DNA from: Octopus bimaculoides
Lineage: Eukaryota
Direction of reading: 5' to 3'
DNA length: 64,000 nt
Assembly (NCBI RefSeq): GCF_001194135.2
Contig: NC_068981.1
Coordinates: 99,981,138 to 100,045,137, forward strand
The position numbers and the translations under genes are program-made. Positions 52,771 through 64,000 of this stretch are shown one piece after another; positions within the stretch are counted from its first letter, which is position 1; each line of letters opens with the position of its first letter. The notes under the pieces are model-generated. The model was not told where the DNA came from. It saw only the letters and a program-made list of their open reading frames with translations, and did no database searches.

Positions 52771-53637
52771 TATGAGTATATGATCTGATCTATAAGTATC
52801 CAGGCTGTTGCTGTAGTAACAAAGCTAAAGCACACAGAGTGAAGCTGCTGGACACAGATTGACCTTGAACTCTGCTGTGCATGTGCACTAAGTTTTTATG
52901 TTCTAGCTCACTTCCACTGTTTACAGCAGTGCTCGAAAGGCAGGTGTGTACCATGTGATTGTCACATTGACCATGACAGAGAAAGTTGAAAAGAACATCT
53001 GCATCAAATTTTGCCAAAAGTTTGGCAATACCTGCTCAGAGGCCTCTGAAAAGAGATCTTGTGCAACTGAAAACCAAGTACCTTTTTTGTCAGCTGAAAG
53101 TAGTTTTGGTACAAAGTTGGCAGACAAGCATCTCATACCCAAATCTTCAGTGATAATGGTCTGAACTGAACCGTAACTAATCTGCATATCCTCTGATAAC
53201 TCATGGATTATGATTCGATGATCTCCCCTCAGAGATACATGCACATCTGCAATGTTTTCCTCATTTCTGCTGGTTGCAGGTCTCCCAGAATGTCTGTCAA
53301 TATCAACATTTTTTTGGCCATCTTGGAAACGTCTGAACCACTCGTACACTTGTGTATGGCTCATACACTCCTCTCCATACACTTTCTGCAACTTTGCATC
53401 AGCCTCTGAGCAGGTATTGCCATGACAACTTTCTCTGTCATGGTCAATGCGATGATCACACACTACACACCTTTCTTTGAAGCACTGCTGTAAACAGTGG
53501 AAGTGAGCTAGAATGTTAAAACTTAGTGTGCATGCACAGCAGAGTTCAAGGTCAATCCGTACCAAGCGACTTCACTCTGTGTACTTTAGCTTCGTTACTA
53601 TGGCAACAGCCTGGATACTTATTAATCAAACCTCCTA
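52771..53637. mobile_element. Fold-back mariner derivative made of two inverted 5' ends
   Basis: Arms 52771-53043 and 53402-53637 each carry TIR, 5' UTR and ATG (52973 plus; 53441 minus). The spacer encodes KVYGEECMSHTQVYEWFRRFQDG..RHSGRP..LGMRCLSANFVPKLL. TA at both ends. Confidence 0.9.
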
Positions 53638-53917
53638 TGTTTAAGTTAAGAGGCATGTTTGTTTGTGTTCACTTCAGAGTAAATGGATGTTTATCCCATT
53701 ACTTTGAGTAGAGGAATTATCTGTTTCAAACATGTTGTTTTTAAAACTGTTACACATATGTGACATTTGCAATATTTGCATAATGCAAAACTGGTAGGAA
53801 CAGATGTTAATTACAGTACTTGATGTACTTTAATTTGAAACCTAGAATGTAAACATTTAGGAAAAATGCTACTAAACCTATATTCTGATGCCCAGACAAT
53901 TCTGCTAGCTCACTGTC

Positions 53918-53951
<34 letters not shown>

Positions 53952-54041
53952 TATTATTACAATTATTATTATTATTATTTCTATTACTATTATTATTATT
54001 ATTACTATTATTATTCTTATTATTACTATTATTATTATTAT

Positions 54042-54072
<31 letters not shown>
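53918..54072. repeat. (ATT)n joined head-to-head to (AAT)n
   Basis: Strand switch attattattataataataat near 54045. Confidence 0.95.
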
Positions 54073-54074
<2 letters not shown>

Positions 54075-55130
54075 TTTCTCATATAGGCATGAGGCCTGAA
54101 ATTTGGGGAAGGGGTAAGTCGATACCATTGACCCTGACATCTGACAGGTGCTTTATTTTATCAACGCCAACAGGATAAAAAGAAAAAGTTCACCCTACGA
54201 AATTTGAACTCAGAATGTAAAGAGTCACAACAAATATAGCAAAGTATTTTGTCCGACAAGCACAGGGTTAGTAATTTTTGAAGAGGTGAGCAGTCAATAC
54301 ATTAACCCAGTACTTGACTAGTATTTTATTTTATCAACCCTGAAAGGATGCAAGGCAAAATTGACAGAACTTAAAGAACCTGAACAATTTTGTTTTTCCC
54401 TTATGACCAGTTTCAAACGCAGGTCACAGCAACAAAGTTCACCCACCACACTTCTCAGTCCAACACCACTGCTTCAAGGCTCTGGATACATTCCAGGACA
54501 GTGTCTGTGATCAAATTGATAATGCGTGATGATGTTTTCCTCTTCTTATATCACCATGAAGTGGGTTCCACAAGACTGATTTGGATGCTTCCAGATCAGG
54601 GTAGCGCACACCATGACCAGATAGTCGCAGCCATCTTGCCTAACTTTCTCATTAACTTTTCAAACACTCTAAGGATTCTGCCAGTTTACTGCCATCTTTT
54701 TAATAATGGTTTCTAATTTAGGCACAAGGCCAGCAGATTTTGAAAAGAAGGAGTTAGTCAATAATATTGACCCCAGTACATGATTAGCACATTATTTTAT
54801 CAACTCCAAGAGATGAAAGGCAAAACTGATTATGATGGGGTTTGAGTTCAGAATGTAAATGGTCCAAATCCCATTGAGTATTTGGATTTTTTATGTTTAA
54901 ATATAATAAAACTACTGAAAAATATTACTTATAATAATGGGAACTGACATGATTATGTTAAGTTTGGTCCCACTGATTGCATGTAGGACATCAATACTTG
55001 ACTGGTACATTATTTTATCGATCAAGCTCAAATCTTCAACTTGGCAGGAGTTGAATGTTGAACTCAAAAAATAACTGGAATAAATACCGCAAGGCATTTT
55101 GTCTGATGCTCTAACAATTCTGTCAGCCCC
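54075..55130 (-). mobile_element. Cluster of family B SINE copies (54075-54260, 54285-54375, 54715-54860, 54990-55130)
   Basis: Repeated ttttatcaacc...gaaagg..aaagt.gac...gaatttgaactca units. Confidence 0.7.
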
Positions 55131-55618
55131 CCACCAAACTTCTAGGAGGAGGAGGAAGAGGAGAAACTGGCTCTGGTCAAATAAGAATACGGATGTAGAA
55201 ACCCAACTTGTCATGAAAACAGATATAAATCTTATAACAATTACAAAACCCAAGATCAAAAGTATCAAACTAAGAAGATGCTAAGCAAATCCCCAATAAG
55301 TACAGCAGATGCTTCCTTTATGTCTTACATGTCATTATTATATACAAAATATATTGTTTAGATATTATACAACAAAAGTGTAATGATAAGAAACAAATAA
55401 GCAATAGGACACAAACAAAACAAAATGACCTAATGCCATTTAAAACAGATCAGCAATATCTACCAGTCCAGGATTTATGATGCATGTTGTAATGTGAGTA
55501 AGTTAATGCAAAGTGTGCATTAGAAGCAGCATCCTCGCAAAAGTTATCACTCAACAAAAGAATTGTCTTGCACTGCTAGCATTCACCAAAATAAAATAGA
55601 TATTACAAAGAACAATAC

Positions 55619-55653
<35 letters not shown>

Positions 55654-56549
55654 TGCAACTAATACAAACAGATGCACCATAGATGAGGTGGACCATAAAA
55701 CAAAGATGTAATCCAAACATACAAACACACAAGTAAATGTATGCAGGGATTAATTAATAATAAACAATAAAATTATCCCAGAAACCTAAACAGAAAAACT
55801 CATAGAAATAATTCTATGCTAAAGATATAACGAAACAAATAATCTCATATAGAAAAAAGATAAGTTGCCACAACAGAATTTACCACACACAGAACACAAA
55901 TCTCCAAAACGGAAAGAAAATAGCACAACAAAAACAAACATTAACCACTACAATAAAAGCACCCTCAAAACAATGAAAATAGAAAGACAAAATAAGGAAT
56001 GGTTGCAAAAAGAAAGAAAAAAACATACAAAAGCCAGAATGGTGCTGAAAATCTTATAAGTCTATGTGCATATCTTTTGCTGCTGTATATCAGTGAAAGT
56101 TGTAAACAACATTGGAAAAACTGATAAACCAGCTTTTTCAAATAGAAAATATCTTGTATGATATTTGTTCCCTGCCTCATCACCATCACCACTGCCAAGT
56201 TACACAAACATTCCTTTGTCATTCTCACCATCAGAAAGGCATTGAATCAATGATTATTCCATTGGAAATCTGTAACCAGATGATGAAATTCTTCATCAAA
56301 TATAGTGTAAAAAATTAAAGAAAGAAACTGAATATCAACATGCTGAATATACTAATCTATTCAGTAGCTATGGTGGTATCAAAGAAAAAGCAGGCTTGAT
56401 CCTAATAAAGTAAGATGCCCCTCAGCTAAAATTGATAAAAAGAAAGTTGAAAGAAAATATATTATAATTCTACTTGTCACTCTGTTAGTAAGTTATCAAG
56501 TGCATTATGCTCTGATGGGCAGTTATCACTAAAAATTGGCATTAAGGCC

Positions 56550-56770
56550 ACAAGTTGGCAGAATTGTTAATATGCGGGATAAAATGCTTTACAGTATTTC
56601 TTTCAACTTTACATTCTGAGTTTAAATTCCACCAAAGTCGACTTTGCCTTTTATCCTTTTGGGGACAATAAAATAAGTACCAGTTGAGTGCTGGGGTCAA
56701 TGTATTGATCAGCAACGTACCCCAAAATTTCGGGCCTTTGTGCCTTTAGTAGAATGGAATACTACTAATA
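56550..56770 (+). mobile_element. Family B SINE, forward, fairly intact
   Basis: aagttggcagaattgtta...ttctgagtttaaattccaccaaagtcgactttgccttttatcctttt.ggg..aataaaataagtaccagttgag..ctggggtc...gtgcct.tagtaga. Confidence 0.8.
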
Positions 56771-57149
56771 CTACTAGAAGAAATATTGCCTTCTGGGTGG
56801 TTTTCTGCTAGTACTTTGTAAAATAGATAAAGAAAAACAAAAGGAAGACTTATCTTTACTCGGTGAAGTGGAAAGTGAAGGGTTTAATATGAAAATAGGG
56901 AAAGAACTCTAAATAATCAGAAAATATAAGATGAATTGGAAAAAAGAAGACATCAGGAAATAAAAGAGAGAGTAACTCAAAACAAATTAGTAAAATAGTG
57001 GCAGATTAGCATATCCCAAAATGTGTGAGTGCTTCTTTTAGGAAAACAAAAACAAACGAAAAATTATCAAGACATTTTAGAGAGAGACATCCATAAAGAA
57101 AGAAGAAAGTACAGTACTGAATTACATACCAATATCAACACGAGTTCAA

Positions 57150-57450
57150 ATATACTGAGAGAAAATATAGAGCAAAAACATTCTGCTCAATCAAGAAGCA
57201 TAACAGATTAGAAGGAAATGAAATAAGCTAAGTACTATAAAACCACAACACAACTCTGCTGGAAGTTATGTCCATTGGGCAGTATGCCAATACTTTAATA
57301 TGAAAACTGAGGAAATTGTATAATACAATGACCTTACCATGATAAATCTAGATATGCCTGACCAAACTGACAAGGAGATCGACATGATCCCATTAGATAT
57401 ATCAAGCCTCTGATATTAAATAAAGTGTTAAACACTTGTAGTATGCAAAT
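57150..57450 (+). pseudogene. R4/Dong-like non-LTR element C-terminal remnant
   Basis: AGSYVHWAVCQYFNMK and LDMPDQTDKEI resemble the post-CCHC and REL-endonuclease motifs (IHWxIC..Y; WDxxIxTDxxI) of R4-clade elements. Confidence 0.45.
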
Positions 57451-57884
57451 TACTTGCTACAATTCTCTGAAGCTACTAGATTCGATGGATATATAAACAG
57501 ATTGGATACTTATTTCTCTGGGATTGGTCAAATGGTGTTGACACCTCTGAGAAGGCCCCCAATAAGGGTTGGAAATCAAAGGTTGTTCATTTTTTTCACT
57601 CTTCAGAGAAATAGGTAAATTTGATATGTTTAGATGTTATATAGGATAACATAATAATCAAAGAATAGTAATCCCTGTGCTGATAAACATTTCAATTCTC
57701 TCGTGAGAAACAAAAGTCAGAGACTATCAAAGCACAAGGGTCTAGAAATAAAGACTAAGCAGGATGCGGCATATAATTGTAAGAACAGTTACCAATAATA
57801 ATAATAATCAATGGACTAGATAGGATAAAGACTATGAATAGAAATATTAAAAACCATATTACATCTGGTAAAGCAGCCATACAC

Positions 57885-58160
57885 AGGAGCAGGTATGGAT
57901 GTGTGGTCAAGATGCTTGTTTTGCAACCATATGGTTTTGGGTTCAGTCCAACTGAGCCACAAGCCAACCTGTGAGTGAGTGAATTTGGTAGATGGAGACT
58001 GTGTAGAGGCCTGTCACACATATATGTGCATGTGTGTAGGTGTGTATTTGTCTTTGTCCCCCACTACCACTTGGCAACAAATATTGATCTGTTTACACCC
58101 CCATAACTTAGCAGTTTAATAAAATAGACCTATAGAATAAGTACCACATTTAAAAATAAG
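57885..58160 (+). mobile_element. Family A SINE with downstream body
   Basis: ggagcaggtatggatgtgtggtcaag head, gaatttggtagatgga, then ccccataacttagcagtt..aga.c.atagaataagta. Confidence 0.7.
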
Positions 58161-59323
58161 TATGAAGGGGGGGATCCAGGATTTTTTTTTTTTTTTTTTT
58201 GAGTGTTGCCAAAACATATATGGCATCTGAAAATATCAACAAAAGTAGTGTGCACACTCTATCCGGCAGGTCGGGCAACACCTAGTAGGTCTGGCAACAC
58301 CTATTCTCATAAGAGTTGACTCGCTTTTCCTTGACTGTTGCTCATAAAACCTTGGTCCCGATATTTCTGGTGTTGGCTTGGCTAGGGCAACACTCTTGCA
58401 TCCACCACTGGTATGAGAGTCGATTTGTTTAATAAACCCTTCTTGATGGTGCACCAACATAGCCACAGACCAATGACTGAAACAAGTAAAGGATAAAGAT
58501 ACCTGGCATAGCCACATCCTATGTAAAACATTTCTGCATAACACAACACCTGATATTATAACACAAATCAAACAGTATGATAATCACCAATAAAATAATT
58601 GTTTCAATCCAAGACAGGAACCTCTCTATATGGTTACTGACTCGATAGAAATAGGAACCAAATCTCACTTGAATTACATTATGCCATCTTGTAAAGGCAG
58701 GAATGCATTGCCTAATGTAAATCCAATTTTGCGAAGCTTGAGAGAGAGATAAAATGGTCATGGCTTTAATGCATTTGATTATAGATCTGCTCGAGCAGGG
58801 TTGACCTGGTGCTGAACAGCAACAAAATAACACAACATACACAACTCATATTCCATGTAAAAGGCAGACAAAACATTAAATTAACAGGAGAAACAACAAA
58901 ACAAGATCCTCAAGAAATCAAGGCAAATGTAACAAACAAAAACCATCTTCTTAACAGACAATGTTGCATACATAACTCAGGAACACAGAGGTACACCAAG
59001 TAGTGAAGGAGAAATTCACATAAAATTGCTGAATAGGTGTAGGCATGTCTGTGTAGTTAAGAAGCTTGATGCCCAACAGTGTAGTTTTAGGCTCAGTCCT
59101 ATTGCATGACACCTTGGACATTTGTCTTCTTATATTGCCCTCAGCTGATCAATGCCTTGAGTGGGTTTAGTATACACACACACACACACATAGGTAAGTC
59201 CATAAATGCAAAACAAGGTGGTAAAATTAGTACTCAACTACCAAAGGTAGAGTAATATGCTTTTACTAAAGCTGTAAAATTATCACAAAAACTATAACTC
59301 AGTTTCATATTTGCATTTGTCAG

Positions 59324-59347
59324 ACAGTTGTCACAACTGACAAATGG
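59324..59347 (+). CDS. Candidate 24-nt microexon (TVVTTDKW)
   Basis: Acceptor tttcatatttgcatttgtcag, donor GG|GTGAGT; length divisible by 3. Confidence 0.3.
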
Positions 59348-61532
59348 GTGAGTGAAACTTTGAGTAACTTTATGATAATTTTGCAGCTTTAATAAAAGTA
59401 TACACACACACAAATATATATATATGGATGTGTGTTTTTACTTTTGCGTTGTTTGTCCATGACCACCACTTGACAACCAATGCCAGTTTATTTATGACCC
59501 TATAACTTAGTGGTTCAGCAAAAGAGACTGATAGAATAAATAACAAGCTAAAAAAAGTGATAATTGGTATTGGGGTCAATTTGTTTGACTAAGCCCATCA
59601 AACCAGTGCCCCAGCATTGCTGCAGTCCAATGATTGAAATACATACTGGCACTTCGTCGTTTACAATGATGAGGGTTCCAGAGCCTGCTTGTGAAATTAA
59701 TGTGGATGTGGCTGAGCACTCCACAAGCACATGTACCCTGACATAGTTCTCAAGGAGATTCAACATGACACAGTGTGTGATAAGGCTGGTCCTTTGAAAT
59801 ACAGGTAATACTCATTTTTGCCAGCTGAGTGAAAGCACATAGAAGATACGATAAAACATAGATGATAAAAAATAAACACTTCTAAGTTCGGCATAAGTCC
59901 AGCAATTTTGAGGAGAGAGAGTTAGTCAATACTATTGACCCAGAACTTAATTTGATACTTTATCGTCAATACTGAAAGGATCAATGGCAAAGTTAACCTA
60001 GGCAGAATTTGAACTCAAAACATAATGTGATGCAACTAAATACTGAAAGACATTTTGTCTGATGCTTAAATGATTCTGTTAATTCACTAGCCTAGTCAAT
60101 CCACCACCTTTACCAGGAATAATATTAATAATAATNNNNNNNNNNNNNNNNNNNNNNNNNNNNNNNNNNNNNNNNNNNNNNNNNNNNNNNNNNNNNNNNN
60201 NNNNNNNNNNNNNNNNNNNNNNNNNNNNNNNNNNNNNNNNNNNNNNNNNNNNNNNNNNNNNNNNNNNNNNNNNNNNNNNNNNNNNNNNNNNNNNNNNNNN
60301 NNNNNNNNNNNNNNNNNNNNNNNNNNNNNNNNNNNNNNNNNNNNNNNNNNNNNNNNNNNNNNNNNNNNNNNNNNNNNNNNNNNNNNNNNNNNNNNNNNNN
60401 NNNNNNNNNNNNNNNNNNNNNNNNNNNNNNNNNNNNNNNNNNNNNNNNNNNNNNATACACACACACACATATTAGAAATAGATCAACAATGAATTGATTT
60501 TTCTTTAACTTCTTCCTCTAAATTGCCAAGTTATTGATAATTCTCTGATGGTAAAGAAAGAATATAATCTAAAATAGAAAAAGTAAAACAAAAATATAAA
60601 TAGATTTAAGAAAAGTAAACTACATTAATATAACAATTTAAAATAAATGTTAATTTGATTGGAAGATATAATCCAATGTCAACCTAAACTACCATGTTAT
60701 ATCAACTTAGTAACATAGAGATTGTTATAGCTTAGGTTCAAAAATATTGATTTTAATGTTTCAGATTTATCAATGACAAGCAATAAACTTTTGTGATATT
60801 CATGCCTTTTCCCAGATATTTTATTAGAGTAATTATGTAGTGAAATCATGACTTCACAGGAACTGAAATATGGATATAGGCTCCGTTTTCAGAAAGCTGG
60901 CTTGCTAGTTTAAGAAATTTGTTAAATAATCAAATTTATCTTCTTTTCTAATCTTTTACTTGTTCAAGTCACTGATTGGTGGTTTTAAATTCAGCCTCAC
61001 TGCATAGAACCTTAGGCAAATATGTTCTACTAGAGCACTGGACTGCTCAAAGCCTTGTGAATAGATTTGGTAGACAGAGACTGAAAGAAACCCATTGTAT
61101 GTGTATGTGTAAATCTATCTTTACAGTTATATCTATTTATCTAAAGATATGCATGCGTATGTGTGTTTATGTCATCATCATAAAAGTGGTGTCATTTTGT
61201 TGCAATCTTCAGTGAAAACATATCAGGCAATGAGGAAATATTACCTTGCTTAGAAACAGATAAAGGTTGGTGACAGAGGGGTATCCCACCATAGAATATC
61301 TATCACAATGAATTTAATCAGACTCATGCAAGCATAGAAAAATGTACATCATGATAATCATTATATATATATATATATNNNNNNNNNNNNNNNNNNNNNN
61401 NNNNNNNNNNNNNNNNNNNNNNNNNNNNNNNNNNNNNNNNNNNNNNNNNNNNNNNNNNNNNNNNNNNNNNNNNNNNNNNNNNNNNNNNNNNNNNNNNNNN
61501 NNNNNNNNNNNNNNNNNNNNNNNNNNNNNNNN

Positions 61533-62150
61533 TATATAATATAAATAATATATAAACATATGCATATATCCATACATATATGTACATATCTACATCTATA
61601 TGTATACATACATGCATATATGGGTACAGGATATCACAAAAAAACGTTAAACACAATGAGAAACAAAAACATAAAGACGAAAATGGAAAACGAACTTTTT
61701 TTGAACAAAGAAAATAAACATAAAGAGTATAATCCTTCGTCAGTTGTCCCTGTTCCACCTACTGTGCATTTTGAAGGCAAGGACAATATGCGACTTTGTT
61801 GGAACAGTCCTTCCCGAAAGCAAATTAAATAAAATTTGGAATTTTTTGTGTAGGACAGTGAAAACAAGACAGTAAAAAACAGTAAGAACAGGACAGTGAG
61901 AACAAGACAGGCTTAACAGCCCTCACTGTTTGTTTTACTGTCTTGTTCTCACTGTCCTGCTCTCTGTTTTTCGTCGTTCAAAAAAAGTTCGTTTTCTGTT
62001 ATTGTCTTTATGTTTTCATTTCTCATTGTGTTTAACGATTTTTTGTGATGTCCTGTACCCATATATGCATGTATGTATACATATAGATGTAGATATGTAC
62101 ATATATGTATGGATATATGCATATGTTTATATATTATTTATATTATTATA
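61533..62150. repeat. Inverted duplication of a repeat element (probable PLE pLTR tail-to-tail structure)
   Basis: 61536-61631 is the exact reverse complement of 62051-62146 (96 bp); pairing continues inward with mismatches to about 61716/61970; inner 21-bp perfect stem 61890-61910 / 61938-61958. Confidence 0.85.
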
Positions 62151-62182
62151 TGATCAAACACCATGCATCCTTTCCCAAGTAA

Positions 62183-62239
<57 letters not shown>

Positions 62240-62266
62240 GGTGCACTAATGTTTTTCTTTTAGCAG

Positions 62267-62402
62267 GAAATTAGTTGTGTGTGCATCACTAAATGTAGAT
62301 ACCCATTAGTGACTTACAGTACAAATGTGGACTTCAAATGTCAATTAAGAAGTTGTCATTACATATTAACCATGGTCAAGTCTGTTGTGTATGATTTCAT
62401 AG
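62267..62402 (+). CDS. Candidate exon (EISCVCITKCRYPLVTYSTNVDFKCQLRSCHYILTMVKSVVYDFI)
   Basis: Acceptor gtttttcttttagcag, donor AG|GTAACC, 45 open codons, phase 0 to 1. Confidence 0.4.
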
Positions 62403-63773
62403 GTAACCTATGACTAATCTGCATAGATATTTGCTACATCATCAACAGTCAATCATAAGTTCAACAGGATTATGGCAACAACACAGGATGTTGACAAGCA
62501 TTTGGCTCCTTCCCAATGTGTGACTCTTGTGCAACATTTTTGAAGTTTTAAGTCCATTTGAAGATAATCAGTAGCAGCAAAATTCTGTTAGCAGTACTAA
62601 GCTGATAGACTTTGACTCCTGACAAACTTTCAACCCACAGAAATCACTAAACACTGCCCTTTTTGAAGTAAACAGAAAGTGGCTAACATAATAATAATAA
62701 TTTATATGATGTTTCAAGTTTAAACCTGCACCTCATTTTCTGATTGATAATGGAAAACAAATTTTAAGTGCCTTATAGAAAAGTGTATGTATGTGTGTAC
62801 ACAAATATACATACAAGCACAACAACATTATCAGCATTTTAACATGTTAGGATAAGAAAATTAGTCTTATTTTCTGCATTTGTAGATTTTTTTTTTACAT
62901 TCAACACTCATATCTTACTACCATGCACTTATATTTCATGCAGAGAGAATAATTTTTTTTTTTTTTACAGCAGAGGCAAAAACTTTTGAAGTACTACTGA
63001 TTTATACTCTCACTGTGCTTTTACTGCATTCACATCAAGTTTTAATTAAGCTATCTAAGTAACAGAGATAATATGAAGTACACAAGTGACACGTCTAAGT
63101 AGTTAAGAGACTTTTTACATGGATGGTATTTCAATCACTAATTATTCTTGTGCATTTATCACAATTGAAATTACAATTCTCTGGTAGCTTGGCACAAGGA
63201 TTTTGTGCAATTTGTTATGAGAATTTTGGTTTTAGCCATGTTAACCTTTAAGCCTTTGCTTCCAAGATTAGGGAAATTTCTCATGATATATTAACAGATT
63301 TGAGGACCAGATCATCAAGCATAGAAGAGAACCCCCAGTTCTCAGTGTAAAGTGTTACAATAAATAGATCCCTGGTAAACACCTCATTATTCACAACGTT
63401 CCACATAGTAACTGCACAAATCCAAACTATAATTGTAAGGCTTTCACAAACCATTCTGCTAAACTTTCTATGCACACACTAAAACATTTAGGACTCTGTC
63501 AAACGTCTTCAACAAATCAAACAAAATAGTATAGATTTGTTCTTCATGAAGAACATCTCTTGTAGTTGTCCCACTAGAAATATAGCTTATGTTGTTCTAG
63601 AAACCTGACAGGAACCAAAACAGTATTTCATTCAAGCTAGATAATACTGAGCTCACTTTGCTAAAATGTGCCCAATTAATTTTGTTTTATTAATTCAAGC
63701 AATAGGATTTTGTCTGTCAGGCAGAAATCAACTCCTTAAAAAGAATTCAAATAACTAAGAGAACCTTACCCAT

Positions 63774-63820
<47 letters not shown>

Positions 63821-64000
63821 CATACATATAAGTCAGTAAATGGTGGAGTTGTGTTAGTCGCACATGGAGAAATAATAGGAAATACAAAATAATAATAGTA
63901 AGGCAGAATGCTAAAAAGAAAGCATATTTTAATATAGATGTGCATAAGGAGGATTAAAAAGGATTTCTAACTGGCTTTCATTGCATGGCAAATTTTCAAG

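Noticed and set aside
53866-54140. Poly-Ile ORFs on both strands
   Set aside because: (ATT)n/(AAT)n microsatellite.

Overview
AT-rich eukaryotic genomic DNA from a gapped draft scaffold, dense in microsatellites and old transposable elements. The repeat families look like those of Octopus; this is inferred from recognition and needs a BLAST check. Almost all listed ORFs are artefacts of N-gaps or simple repeats. Supported content: several mariner elements, including a fold-back derivative made of two 5' ends; RTE, L2/CR1-type and R4/Dong-type LINE remnants; many tRNA-derived SINEs; hAT- and piggyBac-like MITEs; and Penelope-like element (PLE) pieces. The best-resolved object is a TSD-flanked PLE insertion at 39581-40507 (minus). 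Its GIY-YIG endonuclease ORF is followed 30 nt later by a tRNA-like Pol III head and a minimal type I hammerhead ribozyme. Two more hammerhead motifs lie at 11.15 and 13.35 kb. Several long hairpins are present. A tentative chain of small, phase-compatible plus-strand exons suggests the window lies in the introns of an unidentified host gene; this is low confidence.
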